NCBI GenBank assembly: GCA_964493625.1
Contig: CAZBOU010000001.1
Coordinates: forward strand, 10,822 to 74,821
Direction of reading: 5' to 3'
Source of the DNA: an uncultured Caldisericota bacterium
GTDB taxonomy: Bacteria > Caldisericota > Caldisericia > UBA6126
Length of the DNA stretch: 64,000 nucleotides
A model generated the notes under the pieces. It was not told where the DNA came from. It saw only the letters and a program-made list of their open reading frames with translations, and did no database searches. The translations under genes were made by a program, and so were the position numbers. Below are positions 59,056 through 64,000 of the stretch, piece after piece. Every line of letters starts with the position of its first letter. The stretch's first letter is position 1.

Positions 59056-59349
59056 ATGGCAAACAAAATATATTGGATTTTAATCATTTTATCAGTTTTG
59101 TACGGAATTTGTGTCACCTTACTCGCTAGTAAGGTTTATTATAAGGCTATGCAGCGGAGTATTCAGCGGCGAAAAATGAATCCACTGTTTCAGCTGTTGT
59201 TTCCCCTTATTAGCTCATTGCTATTGTTTTTGCCTGGCTTGCTCCACAGTCTGTACTGGATCCTTTCTTTTGCAAGTTCTATTGTAACGGTAGCGGTACT
59301 GTTGATACGCCTTAAGATTCAAACAAGAAAAAAGGATTCTAGACCATGA
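59056..59349 (+). CDS. AtpI/AtpR-like small membrane protein heading the atp operon
   Basis: 97 aa with about 3 TM helices. Overlaps the atpB start (ATGA). Confidence 0.6.
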   Translation: MANKIYWILIILSVLYGICVTLLASKVYYKAMQRSIQRRKMNPLFQLLFPLISSLLLFLPGLLHSLYWILSFASSIVTVAVLLIRLKIQTRKKDSRP

Positions 59350-60065
59350 AAGAATCACTCCAAGAGATCATTCAGCATTCAATTCGTCCGATATTTCAGA
59401 TCCACATAGGCGAGTTTGAGCTTTGCTTTTCCTCTACACTTGTTGCGTCTTTTATTGCAGGAGTCATGTTTTTGACCGTTTTTGTATGCATTGCTGTTGC
59501 TGTTCAAAAAGGGAAGCCCAAATCTTTAGCCATCGTGGGTGAAATATTATTTCTCGCCCTGCGATCTTTTATGAAATCTATTGTAGGGGACCGAGGAGAT
59601 CAATTTGCACCCTTTATTGGCGCTCTCTTTGGATATATCCTCTTCTCTAATCTTCTTGGTTTATTCTCTCCTTTAGGAGGATTGGGGCTACACTGGATTG
59701 TTTCTCCCAATATTGACCTAAGTTGTACATTAGCCTTGGCGACAACTGGCATATTGTATGTTCACACCGTATCTGTTCGAAATGTAGGATTGAAAAAATG
59801 GCTTCATCACTTTATTGAGCCATATGTTTTCATGCTACCTATCAAGATTATTGAAGAAATTGTGAAACCAATATCCTTGTCTGTTCGTCTTTTTGGGAAT
59901 CTATTTGGAGAGCATGTTGTGTATGAAATTGTGTTCTACTTAATTAGTTTTGTTGTGCCAGTGCTACTTATCTTTTTAGGAATGTTTACAGGCATTGTGC
60001 AAGCATATGTTTTTTCTTTATTGGTTCTTATTTACATCAAAGAAACCATGGGCGTTCATACCTAG
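59346..60065 (+). CDS. atpB: ATP synthase F0 subunit a
   Basis: SNLLGL, SLSVRLFGN (essential Arg) and QAYVF. Confidence 0.94.
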   Translation: MKESLQEIIQHSIRPIFQIHIGEFELCFSSTLVASFIAGVMFLTVFVCIAVAVQKGKPKSLAIVGEILFLALRSFMKSIVGDRGDQFAPFIGALFGYILFSNLLGLFSPLGGLGLHWIVSPNIDLSCTLALATTGILYVHTVSVRNVGLKKWLHHFIEPYVFMLPIKIIEEIVKPISLSVRLFGNLFGEHVVYEIVFYLISFVVPVLLIFLGMFTGIVQAYVFSLLVLIYIKETMGVHT

Positions 60066-60074
60066 GAGGTAGTC

Positions 60075-60347
60075 ATGGACAATGTACTTGCTTTTTACTC
60101 AATATCTATTCTTGCCGCAGGATTTACGATCGCTTTAGCAGTCATTGGAGCAGCATCTGCGCAAGGAAAAGCGGCAGCTTCTGCTTTTGAAGCTATGGCT
60201 AGACAACCAGAAGCTCAAGGTGGAATCAATAGCTCTCTTATTTTATCGTTAGCCCTAATAGAATCACTGGCAATTTATGCCCTTGCAGTGTCTCTTATCA
60301 TTTTGTTTGCCAACCCTTTTCTTAGCTATGTAACGCTTCTTCCATAG
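60075..60347 (+). CDS. atpE: ATP synthase F0 subunit c
   Basis: ARQPEA loop, IESLAIY and FANPF. Confidence 0.95.
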   Translation: MDNVLAFYSISILAAGFTIALAVIGAASAQGKAAASAFEAMARQPEAQGGINSSLILSLALIESLAIYALAVSLIILFANPFLSYVTLLP

Positions 60348-60356
60348 GGATATAAT

Positions 60357-61121
60357 ATGCTACATTTTGACTGGGTAACCTTTGTTGGTGTTATTGTAAA
60401 TTTTGCTGTTGTTGGATTTGTCTTCAAAAAATGGTTTTATAAACCTGTGAAGAATATTATTGACCAACGTGAAGAATCTATCAGACTAGCTGAAGAAAAA
60501 AAAGAAGAGATTCATCAGCAAGAAATAAGTATAAAAGAAAGCTGTCAACGGAACATTGCCGAAGCCGAAGAACAAGCACAAACGATTATTTCTGGAGCAA
60601 ACGATTTGTCCGAAGAAATCATCTCGAAAGCAAAAGAAAATGCCCGTGTTCAATCCAAAAATATGATTGTATCAGCAGAAGATGAAATCAAAGCCTCGTT
60701 AGAGACATCCAACAAGCTCTTGAAGAAACAAGCCTTAAAAATGGCACAAGTAATATCCAACGGCGTTGTTTCGTCTGTTATTACCGAAAAAATGGATCAG
60801 ATTTTTATTATGAATATCATCAAAGACATTGACCAAGCTACAATTGTTGATAAAACCAACCGAACTATCACCTTTAGTGAAGCCCTGACCGAAGCGTACA
60901 AATCGAATTCCCCCATTCTTGTGTATACAAACCGCGAGATGCCATGGGAAATAAAAGAAGAGCTTCACAAAAAAATATCAAGCATTAAGCATACAGCCCC
61001 CATCATTGAGTTTGAAAAAAATGATTCCATGTCGGGGGGGATGGTTATCGATTTTGGATTTATCGAAGTCGATTTTAGCCTGAACGGACAGATACATTCT
61101 ATAATTGAGCAATTGGCATAA
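60357..61121 (+). CDS. atpF: ATP synthase subunit b fused to a delta/OSCP-like C-terminal domain
   Basis: N-terminal TM NF...YKPV...R, coiled coil, and C-terminal GGMVI...DFSL.GQI typical of delta. No separate atpH gene. Confidence 0.85.
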   Translation: MLHFDWVTFVGVIVNFAVVGFVFKKWFYKPVKNIIDQREESIRLAEEKKEEIHQQEISIKESCQRNIAEAEEQAQTIISGANDLSEEIISKAKENARVQSKNMIVSAEDEIKASLETSNKLLKKQALKMAQVISNGVVSSVITEKMDQIFIMNIIKDIDQATIVDKTNRTITFSEALTEAYKSNSPILVYTNREMPWEIKEELHKKISSIKHTAPIIEFEKNDSMSGGMVIDFGFIEVDFSLNGQIHSIIEQLA

Positions 61122-61122
61122 T

Positions 61123-62664
61123 ATGGAAGAGAAGAACAGATCTCTTTTTCAAACCATTCAAAGCGATATTGAAAAAACCCTTCGCAACTATCAATTTAAA
61201 GGATTTATTTTTGAACAAGGACAGATTTTAAAAATTAGTGCATCTGTCTTGATTGCAAAAGGAATTAGTAACAGTTTTTGTGGAGAAATGATTCAGATTA
61301 ATCGTGATTCTCTTGCATTTGTTTTTGGCTTCATTGCCAATGATCTTGTTCAACTCATTCTTTTAAAGGAAGGGTCGCCCGTTCACACTGGAGACCCCAT
61401 ATACCGTACAGGCAAACCACTACAGATTTCTGTGGGAAGATCGCTACTTGGAAGAGTTGTGAGCCCAATCGGGAATCCTTTGGATGGAAAAGGGGAGATT
61501 ACAACCAATCATACACGAAATATCGAAAACGCAGCTCCATCGGTCATGAAAAGGAAACCTGTTCAAGAGCCTCTTCATACTGGAATCAAGGTAGTTGATT
61601 CTATGATTCCGATCGGAAAAGGGCAAAGAGAGCTTATTGTTGGGGATCGACAAACGGGTAAATCTGCTTTGTTGATTGATACAATACTAACGCAAGCAAA
61701 AACAGATACTGTTTGTATTTTTGTCGCTGTTTCTCAAAGGTCCTCCACGGTTGCTTCCATTATTCGAACGTTAACCAATAAAAAGGCGATCCAAAACACA
61801 ATTTTCATTGTATCTTTGGCTGAAGATCCTGCCTCTTTGCGATATATTGCTCCTTTTGCCGGTGCAGCAGTTGCAGAATATTTCGCTGCAATGGGGAACG
61901 ATGTTCTAATTGTCTATGATGATTTATCAAAACACGCTGAAGCCTATCGAGAGATTTCTTTACTACTTCGTAGGCCTCCCTCTAGAGAAGCCTATCCAAG
62001 TGATATCTTTTATCTTCACTCCCGACTTCTCGAACGAGCAGGTAGTTTTGATAAAAGTATTGGCGGAGGATCCATAACAGCTTTACCTGTAGTAGAAACA
62101 CTGGGCGGTGATATATCGCAGTATATCCCTACCAACCTGATCTCTATTACAGACGGGCAAATTTATGTCGAGAAACATATGTTTAATGCAGGAATACGCC
62201 CGGCTATTAATGTAGGATTGTCTGTATCGCGCGTAGGGAGTTCTGCCCAAACAAAAGCAATGAAGAAAGTATCTTCTGGTTTGCGGTTGGAGCTTAGTCA
62301 ATACAACGATTTAAAAGCATTTACTGAATTTGGTACGGAACTGGATCAAGAAACAAAAGCAAGATTAACAAAAGGCGAGCAGTTGGTTGAGATTATGAAA
62401 CAAAATGACCTTAACCCAGTACCTATCGAAAAGCAAGTAATTTTACTGTTTGCCTATCAGAATAACTTTATGAAGAATATTCCACTGGATAAAGTTTCTT
62501 TTTATCAGGAGAGTCTTTATCGTCATATGAAAACAAGATTTCCCCGTTTTGTTTCCATTCTAGAGACAAAAAGAGAGATTTCTCCTACTTTAGAAAAAGC
62601 CCTGGCCAGAGTCATTGAGAAGTTTTCTCAAGCGTTTATGAAGAGCGAAAATGAACCCGTTTGA
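61123..62664 (+). CDS. atpA: ATP synthase F1 subunit alpha
   Basis: GDRQTGKS, RRPP.REAYP.D and PAINVGLSVSRVG. Confidence 0.96.
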   Translation: MEEKNRSLFQTIQSDIEKTLRNYQFKGFIFEQGQILKISASVLIAKGISNSFCGEMIQINRDSLAFVFGFIANDLVQLILLKEGSPVHTGDPIYRTGKPLQISVGRSLLGRVVSPIGNPLDGKGEITTNHTRNIENAAPSVMKRKPVQEPLHTGIKVVDSMIPIGKGQRELIVGDRQTGKSALLIDTILTQAKTDTVCIFVAVSQRSSTVASIIRTLTNKKAIQNTIFIVSLAEDPASLRYIAPFAGAAVAEYFAAMGNDVLIVYDDLSKHAEAYREISLLLRRPPSREAYPSDIFYLHSRLLERAGSFDKSIGGGSITALPVVETLGGDISQYIPTNLISITDGQIYVEKHMFNAGIRPAINVGLSVSRVGSSAQTKAMKKVSSGLRLELSQYNDLKAFTEFGTELDQETKARLTKGEQLVEIMKQNDLNPVPIEKQVILLFAYQNNFMKNIPLDKVSFYQESLYRHMKTRFPRFVSILETKREISPTLEKALARVIEKFSQAFMKSENEPV

Positions 62665-63496
62665 ACTGCAACAGAAAATTCACACAGTCAAGAATATTCA
62701 CCACGTCGTACATTCTATGGAAACCCTTTCAACAATGCGCATTATGCAGCTCCGAAAACAAGCGGATACACGAAAAGCATATTTACGTGAACTGGAAACC
62801 ATTTTGTTTAGCTTCCTTCACATTGTCCCCCCTGCAATAACACAAAATTTCTTGTTGCAACCAACAAAAATGAAACAATCATTATTGGTTCTAGTAACAT
62901 CTGACAGAGGTTTTTGTGGCAGTATGAACCAGCAGCTGTTGGGAATTGCAAGAAATCACATACGATCTCATCCTACTGTGGTTATTAGTATTGGGAAAAA
63001 AGCTGGCAACACACTCCTCAAAGAAGGAGTTCCTGTTGTTGGAATGATTGCAAAGATGCTGGAAAAAACAGACCTTACTTTTTCTCAGAATCTTACCTCT
63101 GATATTGTAAAAGGCTTTTTAAATCAAGAATTTGATTCTGTTTTTTTCGGATCCATGGAATTTCGGAATTTGATTTCACAAAAACCTACCGTGAAACAAG
63201 TTTTGCCAGTGGTTGATCAGTCACAAAAGTACTCCTCTCTTCGGTATGACTATGAGTCGGTATATTTGTTACCTTCCCCAAAGAAAGTTTTTTCAAAACT
63301 AGTTCACAAGTACATGGATGCAATGATTTATTCTATCCTTATCGATGCTGCTACAGCAGAGCAGGCCATCCGAATGATTAGTATGAAGAGTGCTTCGGAT
63401 AATGCAGAAGAAATGATTCAAACAATGCAGAAAAAATATCAAAAAATACGCCAAGAGAAAATTACCAATGAGCTTATTGAACTAAACAATGATTAA
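62651..63496 (+). CDS. atpG: ATP synthase F1 subunit gamma
   Basis: TSDRGFCG, RMISMKSASDNA and RQEKITNEL.E. Confidence 0.95.
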   Translation: MNPFELQQKIHTVKNIHHVVHSMETLSTMRIMQLRKQADTRKAYLRELETILFSFLHIVPPAITQNFLLQPTKMKQSLLVLVTSDRGFCGSMNQQLLGIARNHIRSHPTVVISIGKKAGNTLLKEGVPVVGMIAKMLEKTDLTFSQNLTSDIVKGFLNQEFDSVFFGSMEFRNLISQKPTVKQVLPVVDQSQKYSSLRYDYESVYLLPSPKKVFSKLVHKYMDAMIYSILIDAATAEQAIRMISMKSASDNAEEMIQTMQKKYQKIRQEKITNELIELNND

Positions 63497-63513
63497 CAGA
63501 GTAAGGAGTGACT

Positions 63514-64000
63514 ATGGAATCCACGAAATCAACTGCTTCTGATGAGATTGTCTCCATCGAAGGATCCGTTGTTACCATTCGTTTTTACGATACTCCCCCC
63601 GAAATATATGACTTACTTCATGTAGTAGACAGCGAAGGAAACGTATTATTACCCCTAGAAGTGGAAGAAATCACAGCTGAAAATGAAGCTAAATGTGTTG
63701 CAATGGGTTCCACAGATATGTTGTCGGTAAGTTTACGCGTTCGTAATACTGGCCACCCTATACAGATTCACGTTGGTCCAGATTTATTAGGAAGAGTCTT
63801 AAATGTATTTGGACACCCTATCGACGAAAAAGGACCCTTGCCACAAACAAATATGACCTCTATCTTTCCAACGTTTCCTGAATTGTACAAAGTAGAACCG
63901 ATAGCAGAAATACTGGAAACGGGAATTAAAGTACTAGATCTATTAGCCCCCTTCCCTAAGGGAGGAAAAGTTGGTTTGTTTGGGGGAGCTGGTGTGGGTA
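63514..64000 (+). CDS. atpD: ATP synthase F1 subunit beta (truncated by the window end)
   Basis: AAGGAG SD and ATG 63514. Manual translation gives LGRVLNVFGHPID, LETGIKVLDLLAP and GLFGGAGVG. Not in the ORF track. Confidence 0.94.
   Translation, partial: MESTKSTASDEIVSIEGSVVTIRFYDTPPEIYDLLHVVDSEGNVLLPLEVEEITAENEAKCVAMGSTDMLSVSLRVRNTGHPIQIHVGPDLLGRVLNVFGHPIDEKGPLPQTNMTSIFPTFPELYKVEPIAEILETGIKVLDLLAPFPKGGKVGLFGGAGVG

Noticed and set aside
685-62301. Dozens of 60-160 aa ORFs nested in or antisense to long genes (e.g. 4849-5226, 10506-10898, 12853-13335, 53647-54099)
   Set aside because: They overlap well-supported genes and have no recognisable domains. They are expected by chance or from codon bias on the opposite strand.
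1-64000. Mobile elements, prophage, tRNA or rRNA genes
   Set aside because: I saw no integrase, transposase or phage ORFs, no obvious compositional island, and no tRNA or rRNA signatures in the short intergenic gaps.

Overview
This is a low-GC (roughly 35-40% by eye) core-chromosome window from a probably anaerobic bacterium. Exact taxonomy cannot be determined from the sequence alone. It is almost fully coding. In order, it holds comEC, an M18 aminopeptidase, an FMN-riboswitch-controlled ECF S component (RibU-like), leuS, a Na/Pi cotransporter, mrp and lpdA, an endonuclease IV-like gene, and an rpsO-pnp-udg-rnj-queT-glutaminase-nadE-nuclease run. Next come a PrsA-like foldase, an SLH-containing peptide-binding lipoprotein, a two-component system with a TPR lipoprotein, rnc, an SPFH protein and an M42 peptidase. 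RNase P RNA (rnpB) sits directly at the head of a trimmed dcw cluster (rsmH to murB, no mraZ or murG). The rest holds oppBC, yigZ, a SCIFF ranthipeptide precursor with its radical SAM maturase, a partial pur operon (purABSQLNHD) and an ATP synthase operon cut off inside atpD. I found no tRNA, rRNA, CRISPR array or mobile element. The leads most worth following are: (1) MurC and MurE with replaced amino-acid-binding motifs, suggesting a non-canonical peptidoglycan stem peptide; (2) an ATP synthase with N-ATPase-like F0 subunits and a b-delta fusion in canonical F-type gene order; (3) an RNase P RNA apparently lacking P18; (4) a SCIFF system with a divergent precursor in an atypical gene context. 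All motif comparisons are from memory of the families, not from database searches.
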